Below are positions 38,023-51,100 of a stretch of 64,000 bases of DNA, piece by piece. Within the stretch, counting starts at the first letter, position 1, and each line of letters begins with the position of its first letter. The notes under the pieces were generated by a model, which worked only from the letters and a program-made list of their open reading frames with translations, was not told the origin of the DNA and did no database searches. The position numbers and the translations under genes are program-made. Source of the DNA: Tubulanus polymorphus (taxonomy: Eukaryota > Animalia > Nemertea); assembly GCF_964204645.1 (NCBI RefSeq), contig NC_134032.1, positions 14,062,275-14,126,274 on the forward strand. The letters run 5' to 3'.

Positions 38023-39419
38023 ATGTCCACAAAATTAAAGATGGCCGTACAGGGAACCCCTGTAGCTGTGCGCGTCGCTAGGAGTATCAACGTAACTCAT
38101 CATAGCTCTTCAACCCCGCCGCTAGGGGGCGTCGTAGAACCCCCAAAAACTCCGTTGCCCAGTTTATCGTTGACTACAGTACAACCGGTACCACCGAGGT
38201 CACCCGTACTCATCCGTATGGCGTCAGACGGCCAGTCCAGTGCGCCTGCGCGAACAACTATACCGCCAAATATCAAAATAGCGTCGAAATCGAGTATTAT
38301 CGCAAAACCTATGACGTCATCGACGAACGCAAATATCCCCATCGTGCATATCACTTCGAGCGAACGAACTTTGTCGGAAACTCCCGATTCAACTCCGGAA
38401 TTTTCCGACAATTCGTCGGAAACTAGCGACGATTACAGGCGTTATTTCGGTGATCAATACGGCGGTTCGTTTCACCGCCAGAGGTCGCCATATGACGGTG
38501 AAACGGATTTACATATGTTGAAAGCGATGACGAATCGTTTAAATTTAACGACACAAAGACCGAGTTATATCGAATGGAGAACTCAATACGTCGATAGACC
38601 GCCGTTAATCAGGGCTTTACAAACAATCGGGGTTCAAAATAAACCCTGGACTACCGATCGTAAATATGAAATCAATCAAGCTTTGGACTGGTTACGCAAT
38701 GAACTGGTATGTATAACGAGTTGTAAGACTGGTTACGTGTGTAGTTCGATAATCGGCAGAAAAGGGTTAAAGTTGAGTTATGAAACATACCAATGTGTAG
38801 TAGAATAGCCCGTGCACACAGACGTGGAGAATAGATAATCTAATTAACCCCCCCCCCCCCAATTGACGGTGGTCTTAGGGAGAATCCGAAACATCGAATC
38901 CAGAAAGCTTCGTTTTTAATCTTTTGAATTTGTGGATGGTGTTAATTCGATACCTTTAAATGATGTCGGCAATCTACGTGAAAAGGGTTAATATTGAAAT
39001 TTTACATATTTCTGGGTCTTTCCTGGTAGAACTTTGGTGGAGAGAGAGAGAAAGTGGTCAATAGAAACAAACAGTAAAAATCTCATTCTCAAACGAGTAG
39101 ATGAATTCTGATTCTGAATCATTTACTGATAGATTATCGGTGTTATCTGTTTCAGGAGGACATGCGCAATCAGGACCAGTTACTGGCGCGGCAGTTGGTC
39201 TCGTTACGTCACGACCTGCAGGATTTTAAACTGGAGAAATTCTGCGATGAACACAAGATGTGTATCGAAGATGCACGCGATGAACTCGAAGAAGAAGATG
39301 AACTCAGTGAACTCTGCGATTCGCCTATAACCTTCGGGTCGTTGAGTGCACGCGCGCCGTTAAAATCGATCGGAGTTACCCGGATGAACTTGGAACGGCG
39401 GCGCTTTTCGATCCTCTAA
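38023..39419 (+). CDS. FAM167A: FAM167-family protein, ~315 aa
   Basis: Exons 38023-38706 and 39156-39419 (phase 0). Motifs LNLTTQRPSYIEW, ALDWLRNEL-EDMRNQDQLLARQL, and C-terminal IGVTRMNLERRRFS. AATAAA at ~39844. The 5' UTR exon is probably upstream (donors at ~22901 or ~26200). Confidence 0.88.
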
Positions 39420-40987
39420 ATCGATCGCTAGAGGGCGTTACAGGGAGGGATACCGGGACAGACTTTGAAGAAGCAGAAAGGAATGAAAATGATGTACGCT
39501 GTATAAAGCGTAACCTAAATCGGGCACTAGAAAATTTGGAAATTTCAGCGCTAATCAGTGAATGATGCGATTGTTTTTCAAAAGGATGTGACGTGCTCCT
39601 TGTGGTCCCATCTGGATCCGCCCTGCCTCGTATACTAATGCTTCATTATACTCCTCGCTTGCCAATGTATGTTCCTCTGTATATAATTGATACCCGCATG
39701 TGCGACCCTCCTCTCCTATGGCAGGTTACAACAGGCAGAAGATCCAATGACATTTTAAAAACGCTGTCGTTACTTTATTTTGTATCAGTGAACATGTGAT
39801 ATCATCATGAATATTCATTATATATTTGTTGCTTAATTTAATCAATAAATGTTTCTGTGATATTTAAAAAAACTTTTTTGATTTGTCTATATCTACAGTA
39901 AGTGGTGAATTACGCTATTTCCTAGTAACCCAAGGATTCGAACCTGATCCCTTTCTTGTTTTTCTCTCTTTCATCGGGTGTCTGCGCTAGCGGCCTGCAA
40001 GGCTTTGCGAGGCCCACATGAAATTCCTTCGGAATTCTACGAGGTCTACTTCCGCCCAGCACTGAGTTTCCGGTCAAGCACGTGTCGTTTCGGATACGCG
40101 CTGCTGATTTCGTGTTATTGCAACTTTTTTTTAAACTCTTACGGTCCAGTAGAGCGAGTAAGTTAAGCAAAGCTAAAATTCACATATGATTCTTATATCC
40201 GAGTACCTTTCACATATCTTCAATGTCTAAATGTCTGTAACGATGATACTTTGTCTTCTTGATATAGTTTGTTTGTGTTTGTTGTTTTTCTCACTGCGGC
40301 ATGTCACACCTACCTTTCTTTTTCTATCATTTTCCTCCATGTCTCAACCTGTTTTGTGGTTATGTATAAAAATGAAGACACTCCGGTTTTGCTATATTCC
40401 AAGCCGCTTATAGTGTGTGAAAAGCGGCGAAAAGTATCGCCTAGTCCCAATGGATTCTGTCCGACAACTGATTTATTTAGAGTAGAATATTTGTGGTCAG
40501 GTAACGTTACTAGGTCAAACATGTGGTTATGATTAAGAAATATAGACAAAGGTGCCGCAACTGCCAGAGCAGTGCCACGGCAACAGGCGCCGAGTTCTTT
40601 TGCTCTGTTCCGCATTTCCGACGACAGAATAAACTCCACGCGTAACTACAGTAAATGCTGGCAACTGTCCAAAATAATGGCGAGATACGGAGAGAACCAG
40701 AAATATTACGTAAAATGTATAAACTATACTTTATTCAACATCAGAAAAAAATATCACCCGTACAATAGAAGCCAAGCCATATATCTACTACAATTCAAAT
40801 CCAAAGAAGTATCTTTTTTAAATTTCTTTGCAGCCGACCCAGACAATTCGTGATAATCTGAACACCACAGATAATCCATTCAAACTTAAATAAAAAATAA
40901 CAAATCAAACCCGAAACTCAGTAATTCATCAAACGTTGTTGACAAGGATAAACAGTTGATCGCGTGAGAAAGGATTCATTTTATCTT

Positions 40988-42556
40988 TTAAAGTCTAGCG
41001 ACTTTTTGGGCGATGTGCTCGACGGCGTAGTGAAACCATTCCTCGAATGAAATAGTGCCGTCGTTGTTTTTGTCCATCTTGCTGAACTGTGTTTTCCTGG
41101 CTGCAATGCGTTCCTGGTCGGTTTTGTACATGACCGAGGATTGCGGGGCTAAACCGTATCGTCTGGGCATAGCGGCGGCAATCTCGATCATGCTGTCAAA
41201 CTCTTTCACGTTGACGGCTCCGTCGTGGTCGCGATCGGCTTGTTGGAACACCTTCATCAAGTAGAAATACAATTCTCGATGCTCAACGTTCTTTTGGACG
41301 ACGGCTTTCTTGCAGAAGGCGATGAACTCGTCCTTGGGACCGTCGACCATGATGTGCGGTTTGACGGCGCTGATTTTACCCATGATGTGAGTCATGGCGT
41401 AGCTGATCCAGCTATCCAGACTGATCTGTCCGGTTCGTTTGGTGTCGATCTTGGCGAACAGTTCTTTGCGGGCTTTCAGACGATCTTCGATGGTCGGATA
41501 GGATTGCTCGTTAGTGGGGGCCAGGCCGTATCGGCGTGGTAGCTCGGCAGCAGCGTCGATCATGCGATCGAATTCGTCCACGTTAACGGTACCGGTGTAG
41601 TTGATATCCGCGTCGGTGAAACAGCGGACCAGGAACGCGTGCAACTCGATTCGCTCGTTCGAATCGCGGTGTTTACACGCTTGGCTTATGAAATGTAGGA
41701 ACTCTTCTTTCGGCATGTCCAACGATGACGACATATCTACGAAAATAGAAACGTAATACAAAAATTAGCGCCCCCTGGTGATGAAAATAAGTGAGCGGGA
41801 ACCATGTTTTGCCTAATCGCGTATCTTACCGGCTATCTTCCTGGCGATGTGACTAACGGCGTAGTTCAGCCATTCGTGGAACGATACGGTTCCGTCACCA
41901 TTCTTATCCATTCTGGCGAACTGAACTTTTCGTGCGGCCAGTCTGTCGGCTTCGGTCTTGTACATGAGTTCCGATTTCGGGGCCAGGCCGTATTTACGAG
42001 GCATAGCGGCGGCGATTTCGATCATCTTATCGAATTCGGCAATATTGACGGCGCCGTCGTGGTCGCGATCGGCCTGTTGGAAAACCTTCAACAAATAGAA
42101 ATACAACTCTTTGTGTTCGGTGGTTCCTTTTTGGACGGCCTTCTTGATGAATGACAAAAACTCTGACTTGGATCCGTCGACGAGGATATGTGGTTTCAAG
42201 CCGCGGACTTTCCCGCTGATGTGCTTCATGGCGAAGTGTACCCAGGCCTCCAGACTGATTCTACCGGTCTTGGCCGTATCGATTTCAGCGAATAGGACTT
42301 TACGAGCTCGGATACGGTGTTGCGGTGTTGGGTATGACTGTTCGTTGGTTGGCGCGAACCCGTGACGTCTGGGTAAGGCAGCAGCCTTGTCGATCATCGT
42401 GTCGAATTCGTCGAAAGTAACGGTGCCGGAGCAGTCCTTATCGGCGTCCGTGAAACATCGAACCAAGAAGTTGTACATGACGATTCCTTCATCGGATTGT
42501 GGATCCTCGCTTGCCATTCTCGAGGCGTGCACGAATTCTTCTTTTGTCATCTCCAT
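40988..42556 (-). CDS. Multi-EF-hand calcium-binding protein (four two-EF-hand repeats, ~491 aa)
   Basis: Coding exons 42556-41830 and 41736-40988 are joined in frame by a 93-nt GT-AG intron. EF loops include DKDCSGTVTFDE, DRDHDGAVNIAE, DKNGDGTVSFHE and DKNNDGTISFEE. The linker AAAxPRRyGxAP repeats four times. Non-coding exon 1 ends at 43788; acceptor at 42588. Confidence 0.85.
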
Positions 42557-43869
42557 GGCGACTAATTGTTGTCTGTGATTGAAACAGTCTGCGATAGAAA
42601 AAAATACGATAGACATTAAAAATGAGAAATTTTCTGAAAGGGTCACTTTAACCTTTTCACCTCGACCCGAGCGCAGGGGTCATCAATCTGAAATTGTTGA
42701 TCGTAAACAACTTTATTGAACTATTAACGCCCGTTTCCTTGAATGGAAAAAAATAATTTGGGTCGGCGTGCAATGGACTGGTTAACGGCTAGACGGGTTC
42801 ACGGCTGAACAAAGCTCGCGAACCGTGACAAAATCTGACGTCGTCAGATTTTGTCCGCAAACAGTTCAGCCGAGATCCTGGATATAGGGGCGTGGCGTCG
42901 GGAGACAGTGCCGGCTCGGGGATAGTTTACTATTGACAATATCGATCGATAAAAGACGATTAATTTTATATTTTTGAAAATTGACGACCAACAAATCGGA
43001 ACGAACGTCACGCTGTAAAGCGACAGCAGCTATTTGTTACAACTTAAAAAGAAGTTTTAACATAACTTCTCACATATCGCGATAAACTGTGCGCTATTTG
43101 TTACAACTTAAGGAGAAGTTTTAGTATAATTAATTGGTAATATAATGCGATAGAAGCTACTCATTTTTCAAATTTAGGAGAAATTCTAACATCTCTGGTT
43201 AAAGTGGAAATTAACAACTGATATATATATGGAGCGAGATTTCGAAATGGGAATTGATAATAAGAAAAAAAAAATTCTGAAAATGTTGACATTAGGAGAT
43301 TTTTTTTCACATTTTGAAAGCTACTTTGCGTGTAGGTATCCTAACCATTCCCGTTAAAAAGAGACTAATTAAAATTCTACGGTTAAGCAGTAAGTAACCG
43401 CGCGTTACGGTGGCAGACTGATTGAAGGCGAAATGACTTGCACTTGCAAAATGAAAGCATCGTTTTTGCATGAAAGCATCGTTTTTGCTAGGAAAAAATC
43501 AAGAAACCTTTATTCAAGTTGCTGGAACTATAACTTGTTTAGAATTATCAGCTGGAACATTATACTTAAGAACCAGTGACAATTGTGTTTAAACTCGACC
43601 ATCCAACTATTGTACTTGGATTTTCGATTTCAAAATTAAACCCCCTGATTTGTTCCCGGCAGATGTGACTGCTTGGGTTTGTGAGAGGACTCGGCAAAAC
43701 GGCGATCATATCAACCAATCGAATAAATAAATCCCCTATTTCGAGATCAATAAACTAAAGATAAAAGAATTTGAAACGAATACTCACCGATAAATTCGGA
43801 CAGGCTACAGCTTACTGGACGGTTAGTCAGTCTGGCTCGGAATGGTTAAAACACTACTGCAACAGCGCG

Positions 43870-43897
43870 GTTTATATCTATACCAGCAATGACGTCA
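43870..43897 (-). promoter_or_regulatory. TATA box plus full palindromic CRE upstream of the EF-hand gene
   Basis: TATAAA on the minus strand at 43871-43876, TGACGTCA at 43890-43897, first-exon donor GTGAGT at 43787-43782. Confidence 0.6.
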
Positions 43898-44295
43898 CAT
43901 GGTGACCGGTCGCAGACGAGTCAAGGCCCGGATAGCGGACGAAAAACACGTCTGACCAAATCGACTTTAATCTGTCTAGAAATAGAACTGGACGTGCCCC
44001 TTTATTCCACGATTTCACTAATCGACAAAACCGATTAAAACTGAGCTCATTTATTGGTGTAATATAATTTATTCCGTGTCCAAACGCGCAATATACATTA
44101 CGTCAGTTAGAAAAAAAAACTTTAGACAAGAAAAGATTGTCTATGCCTGTTAGTAGAATTTACAAATTCAATAATGACGTATTCATCTTTCGATCTATTA
44201 ATGCAATATTTGAATTCGACTTGCGACTTGACACAAAAATCATTTAGTCGATTTAATTTCTTTTCTAATTCAGTTAGTCTTAAATTCGGAGTCGA

Positions 44296-44360
44296 GGTGC
44301 GGTGTAGCCGAGTGGTTAGAGCGTCCGGCTCATGGTAAGCCAGATCGTGGTTTCGAGAGG
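44296..44360 (+). mobile_element. Truncated tRNA-derived SINE head followed by (GAGAGG)n
   Basis: A-box TAGCCGAGTGG and a degenerate B-box; no 3' acceptor strand. Confidence 0.45.
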
Positions 44361-45167
44361 GAGAGGGAGAGGGAGAGGGAGAAGGAGAAGGAGAGGGAGA
44401 GGGCGAGGGAGAAGAGAGGGAAATATACAGTGTATACTTTTTAACTCGTTTTTAAACTCCGTTTTCCCCGAGGAATGAACTGTTATTGCATTCAATCATA
44501 TTTGAACTTTATTCATGAGAAATATAACCGGTAGCCCTTTAGCCCATGTCAGCCGGGCCGCCTTAGTGATTTCCAACTATTAATGATCTTTTTTGAAGAT
44601 TAATTTTCGATTGGCGGGTGCATTGTCTCCGCGCCTGACTGGTCATGACTAGTGCTAGTCTAAGACCAACTTATCTATAGCAAATCTAACAATTTAACAC
44701 TAGTCTTAAGATTTAAGACCACTTTTAGACTTAAGTCACGACTGTGCAACTGGCCACTGGATCTGCCTTTGGGCTGAAATAGTAAGGGGTAAATAGCATT
44801 AAAAAATGTACGTGAAATGCGGGAACCCGACCCGCCACTTTGTTTTATCCATAACGTGCTGCCCTCTTATCACAAAGTTTGCCTTTTCAAATGGAACGAC
44901 GGTTACGCTTGCGACTCATTCAAATAACATAAAATAAACTTTTTAAACGTTTCAAATATTATTAATCAGCGTATGAAAATACTGTGATATCGAACAGATC
45001 GTTTATTATTACTTAAACTCAAATTCTTGATCGACGGTTTGAGTCGGCGATTAGAAATTTGAATTGAGTCATCCGTGACCACGAGAGGGCGCTGTGAAAA
45101 ACACAAAAGAAACAAGGCATTGCTTGGAATATTATGGGCATAAAATATCGCGCTTTTCTATAAAAAT

Positions 45168-48100
45168 ATGTTTCCAATTGGCCCTGGTAAGTTATTTATT
45201 TCATTGTTCAGACTTTTATCTTTCGAACGAATGTATATAATGTCGGATGGATGCGGGAATTTTCTGAGAAAATGCTCTCCGAAATCGACTCGTAAATTTC
45301 AGCGAGTCCGAGCAGCGACGTGACGCCCGCATATAATCATCATTTTCTCGGAAAAATTAATTCCAAATTTTATCGAAAATATTGGTATCGACACGGAAGC
45401 GTCACCATCCGATTATAGAAAAGAACTAATTCAATATTCATTCCGAATTGACATTATATTTGGAGTATCTAATTTGACCTCGATTTTGTCGGACCCCTCT
45501 GCTTGACTCATTCATTTCTCATTTAGTAATTTACCAATGGTTACTACTATTTGTAGGATTTCAAGTCCCTGGAGCAGGCGGCGGGCCCCCGGGCGCGCCC
45601 GGACAACACGGTAGTCACCTCGGACCTCCGCAACGTTATGGTATGCAACCAGTCGGTACGGGTATTGGGGGTGGTGGTAGCGCGCTAGGTGGCGCTCTCG
45701 GGGGAAATGGGTTAGGAGGAGGAGCTCTCGGAGGAAACGGTCTCGGCGCTGGAGGACTAGGAGGAACAGCTATCGGCGCAGGAGGACTAGGAGGAACAGC
45801 TATCGGAGCTGGCGGACTAGGAGGTGGACTAGGAACTGGAATAGGACCGGCTCCGATTGGTACCGGCCTCGGCGTCATCGGAGGACCAATCACATCTGGA
45901 ACTCAGGAAAATCCGACGTAAGTTTATAGTGTTATCCATCTGACACATTGTTGACACTCACTTGCCATAAGTAGAAACCTCAATTGGTTGCTACCCTAAG
46001 GTTGATGTTGTTACAACATCAACTTCTGCGGCAACCAGTTGTACTAGACGCTAGTGACACCCGTTGTATCTTCACTGATGACACTTGTATAACGCTTATT
46101 TATTTTATTTTCTAGCGCGGCTCAGTTGATGGAGTTTCAGTGTCCCGCCCGTCCAAACCATGGCACAGACGGGCGCCCGATCATGTTGAGGGCCAATCAT
46201 TTTCAAGTGCATATGCCCAAAGGGTTCATACATCATTATGATATTTCTATAACACCCGATAAATGCCCTAGAAGAGTCAACAGGTGCGTTTATCAATCTT
46301 CTCTCCGTGTATTTGCTCCACTTATACGCAAATCGTGACATTCTGAGCCGTCCCTTATCCTTGTAAAAAAATCCCCCTCTTTGATACGCGATTCTGAAAA
46401 TTTCATTTCGGTTTTCTTCTTTCCAGAGAAATAATAGAAACGATGGTTCAAGCTTACGCCCAAAAAATATTTCATGGCCAGAAACCGGTTTTCGACGGGC
46501 GTAAAAATCTCTACAATCGAGATCCGCTACCAATCGGACGAGAACGGGTCAGTTTTTACACAAACAGGGTTTCCAGCGGTCCTTTCAAGTACTTCTTTGT
46601 CCTGCTTTTGGAAAATGTTTGGACAAACATCATCTTTGTCCTTATTTTTGACTAAGTCCTTCCTTTGGATGAAGAAGTCCTTCCAAATTTCAAGTTTTGA
46701 CACAAACCTCATTGGGTATAGTTGATTTAACTTTGAAACAACTCAAAAAAATTTTAAAATTGTGGTTTGTTACTGGCTCACTAGAATTCTGACTCTTAAA
46801 TTGAGATTCTGAATTAGAATTTTTTGTGTCTAGTTGTTCTTGCTGGTGACGAGTAGCACAAGGAACCTCTTGATAAGAAACAGCCCTCACTGAGGATATC
46901 TTATAATTTTATTTGGAAATTTGAATTTTTGGTGTCTTGTTGTTCTTGCTGGTGATGAGTAGCACAAGGAACCTCTTGATAAGAAATAGCCCTCACTAAG
47001 GATATCTTATAATTTTATTTGGAAATTTGAATTTTTGGTGTCTTGTTGTTCTTGCTGGTGACGAGTGACACAAGGAACCTCTTGATAAGAAAACAGCCCT
47101 CACTGAGGATATCTTAAAATCAATGAATGAATCACAGAATTTTTGGTCAAGGATGGGGGAGATATCGGGAAATTTCGGATTCCTTGATCCGTAAGAATTG
47201 TTGTTATATATTTGTAAAATATTGTTTTTAAGGTTGATTTAGAGGTAACTCTTCCCGGAGAAGGCAATAAAGATCGCGTATTTAAAGTATCTATAAAGTG
47301 GGTCGCGCAGGTCAGTCTTTACGCGTTGGAAGAAGGATTAGAGGGTAAAGTTCATCAGATTCCTTTCGATGCGATACAAGCCCTCGACGTAGTGATGCGC
47401 CATCTACCGAGCATGACGTAAGTTAAGGATATTATAGTACATACTAATGTTGAATCCAATCCCACAATTATTGTCCCATACAATCTGGTAGATTGTACAG
47501 GGATTTGTGGGCAGGTCAGGGAAAGTCGATAGGAATTATATCCCCAATACGGCCTTCTGAAAATCTATTTAAGATTTCAAATTGCCTGTTGTCACATGCC
47601 CCAAGATGAGATTGAAGTGTTTTGAATTGATGTTTCAAGACATTCACATTAGGGGTCGGTTCCGCAGTCACGACTTAGACTTAGGTCCAGTCTAAGACCA
47701 TTTCAGGTCTATAGTCAATATAACAATTTAAGACCAGTGTTAATATTTTAAACCACTTTTGGACTTAAGTTTCGGGCCATAGGTGGTGTTGTTAGTCAGT
47801 TCATTATTCATGCACCAGGTGGCCGTGTTGTTTGAATATTGATTATTTTTTGTTTGTTGCAGCTACACCCCAGTTGGACGGTCATTTTTCTCTGCGCCGG
47901 AGGGTTACGATCACCCGCTAGGTGGCGGTAGAGAGGTCTGGTTCGGTTTTCATCAAAGCGTTCGTCCGTCTCAATGGAAAATGATGCTCAATATCGACGG
48001 TAAGTCAGTCGATTATTTTGGAGTCCCATTTATTTTTACTGATTACGTCGGAAACTTTTCCCCAAATTTAGTTTAAAAGTCTTATTATTTCATATCTCGA

Positions 48101-51100
48101 GATGTCAATAATCATGGTTCCCACAGTACAGGAAATCAGGGGAAAACTTTCAAAATCATATTTCCATTTTACACTTGATGTAGCATTTGTCAAGGGAAAC
48201 TTTATTCACCAATTTTACTTGAAAATCACCTTGATCAATCCGTCACCACTCGTTGACGTCAGTCCCTCTATTACGATGGTATCTGTTGATTTCCATTTGA
48301 AAAAATCACTCGCAAAAAAATTGTAAAATTTTAAACTCATCTGACTGTTGGAACAATAGATGGGTCTTGCTTTTGATTTCAATAAAACTTTCTTGAATGA
48401 AATATTCTGTTTATCTCAAATGTTCACAATACTCTTGATACATCGATGAGGGAGGGGAAGAGATGATATATCAATGATGATCTATAGAGATGATATATCA
48501 ATGATGATCCATAGAGATGATATATCAATGATAACGAGAGATGATATATCGATGATGATAATAATAATAATAATGCGAGAGATGATATATCGATGATGAT
48601 ATTGCGAGAGATGATATATCGATGATGTATCGATGATGATAATGCGATAGATGATATATCGATGATGATAATGAAGAGGGATGATATATCGATGATGGTA
48701 ATGCTAGAGATGATATATCAATGATGATAATGAGAGATGATATATCGATGATGATAATGCGAGAGATGATATATCGATGATGATAATGCTAGAGATGATA
48801 TTCGTTGTTGTGTGTGTTTCAGTTTCGGCGACTGCGTTTTATAAAGCTCAACCTGTAATTGAGTTCATGTGCGAAGTGTTAGATATCCATGACATAAACG
48901 AACAAAGACGTCCTTTAACTGATTCGCAAAGAGTCAAATTCACTAAAGAAATCAAAGGTATGCGTTTATGTTTATTTAAAGAAGAATGATTTTGAATGGA
49001 AAAATATTCTTTATGGATGCTTGGTTCGTGGGGTTGAAACTGGTTGGGGTTGAGTTAAGACCGTCTTTAGAAATATACCCAGATACCATAGTCATAGGCT
49101 TAGGCTTAAGACCAGTCTAAGCTCATTTGGGTTCTTAAACGAATCTAACATGATACCAGTCTTGAGATTTAAAACCACTTATGGACTTGAAGACTGTGAG
49201 GCTGGTTCCTTGATAAGAATTTCATTCAAGGTGTTAAATGATGGAAACAAACTGATTTTAATGTTAGTCAAATTTGTCATTTTAGAGTCAAAACTGTCGA
49301 CTATCGACCAGGTCTATAAACCCAAAGAATCATTGAGCGTTGAATTTTGTTTGTAGGTTTGAAAGTTGAGATCACACATTGCGGAACAATGAAACGTAAA
49401 TACCGAGTTTGTAACGTTACTAGGCGACCGGCGCAGACGCAATCATTCCCGTTACAACTCGAGTCGGGACAAACGGTCGAATGTACCGTTACTAAATACT
49501 TCCATGAACGATATAAAATGAAACTACAGTAAGTTGTTGCACTAACGCCTTCAGGCAGCTTAGAATACCAGTCTAGTAAATACAGGACCGAGTTCAGCGG
49601 GAACTGTTCCTGACCTCCACTGTCACTAGAATAAACAAGGGGTGAAAGATTTGAAATTAATTACTGGTATTTGAATTCTATAATGAGTCAAACTTAACCA
49701 GTTACAGTGAAACAGTTACAGGATCCCTGACTTGCAGTTGCTGTAGTTGATTATTAAGTTAATGTGCAGTGGATAGTTGTAATAGGGACAATTAAACGTC
49801 CATTGTTTTTAGCACAGTATTAACAGACGGTTTTCCGACCAACTTTTTGAGCAACAGGTTCCACTTCCACAGTTGTTAGAGTTAACTTTTGAGTTGATTA
49901 GTTCATTTTGATAAGTTATTTAAACACAACTGTGGAACTGGATCCTGAATTCACAGTTTACTCAAACTCACATCTGTGGAACTGGGTCCTGAGCTCTTAT
50001 ATGGTCCAGATTTGTAATAGCTTAAAAATTAAACTTTGAAAAAATCTCAATATGAAATTAACTCACTAAGATGTTCAAACATAACTGTATTACACCGTCC
50101 AGGGTTGTTAATTTATATTTATCCATCCGTCTCAGGTTTCCGTATCTGCCGTGTTTACAAGTGGGTCAGGAACAGAAACACACATATTTACCGTTAGAAG
50201 TTTGTAACGTTGTCGGAGGCCAACGTTGTATCAAAAAACTCACCGACATGCAGACGTCAACAATGATCAAAGCGACGGCGCGATCCGCTCCCGATCGTGA
50301 AAAAGAGATTAATAGTTTGGTAAGTTTATCGCCAGGTGACGTGGGTAACGTGGATCCACTTGTGACGGGTTAGATGAGCGTTCCGTAAGATACTTTCAAT
50401 TCTATGAGTGCCCCGTTTATCTAAAGGCACTTCAGAAGGTTAAAATGTTGACCGAAAAGAAACATGAAGGGGCAGAATTTTAATGAAATTTTTTCTGCCC
50501 TTTCCTTATTAATTTCCTACAATTCTGGAAATGGGAATTAGTAATCAACCACGAAAATTCCCATTTGCCCTGAAGTATACGAACCCTGATTACTGAAAAG
50601 CAGCCCCTCGGTGTGCTTTGCCCTGATGCCGACGAAGTGGTATGGAAATATAGGTCTTGTGGCTGTGCTACGCCATAATATTCACATGGTGGTCAAACAC
50701 GATCAATGATTTACACGTTAGGCCCTCAAAATTTATAAACCGACAGATTATTTACTTGCGTTGTTCTGTACAGGGAGTCTCCAGCAATAATGTTTAGTAA
50801 ACTATGACTTCACTTTCGACCCCTATCTACGGGCGCGTTTTACTCTAAATTGCTATTTTTCGCTCTCGATTTTCAGGTGAAAAAAGCAAACTTCAATTCC
50901 GATCCACATTTACAAATGTTCGGAGTCAGCATTAACACGGCAATGACTGAAGTTCAAGGTCGAGTGCTACCCGCTCCGAAACTGCAGTACGGAGGACGAG
51001 TAAGTGACAGCAGTCCGTCGCTTAGCAACGCTGATTAGCGGTTTAGTTATCGCTATTGAATTTTAACGTTTTTTCTCAACAGCAAACTCGAGCTCAGGCT

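Noticed and set aside
45636-45893. Pro-rich minus-strand ORF, and similar antisense ORFs over the transposase, FAM167 and EF-hand exons
   Set aside because: Shadow frames of genuine exons on the opposite strand.
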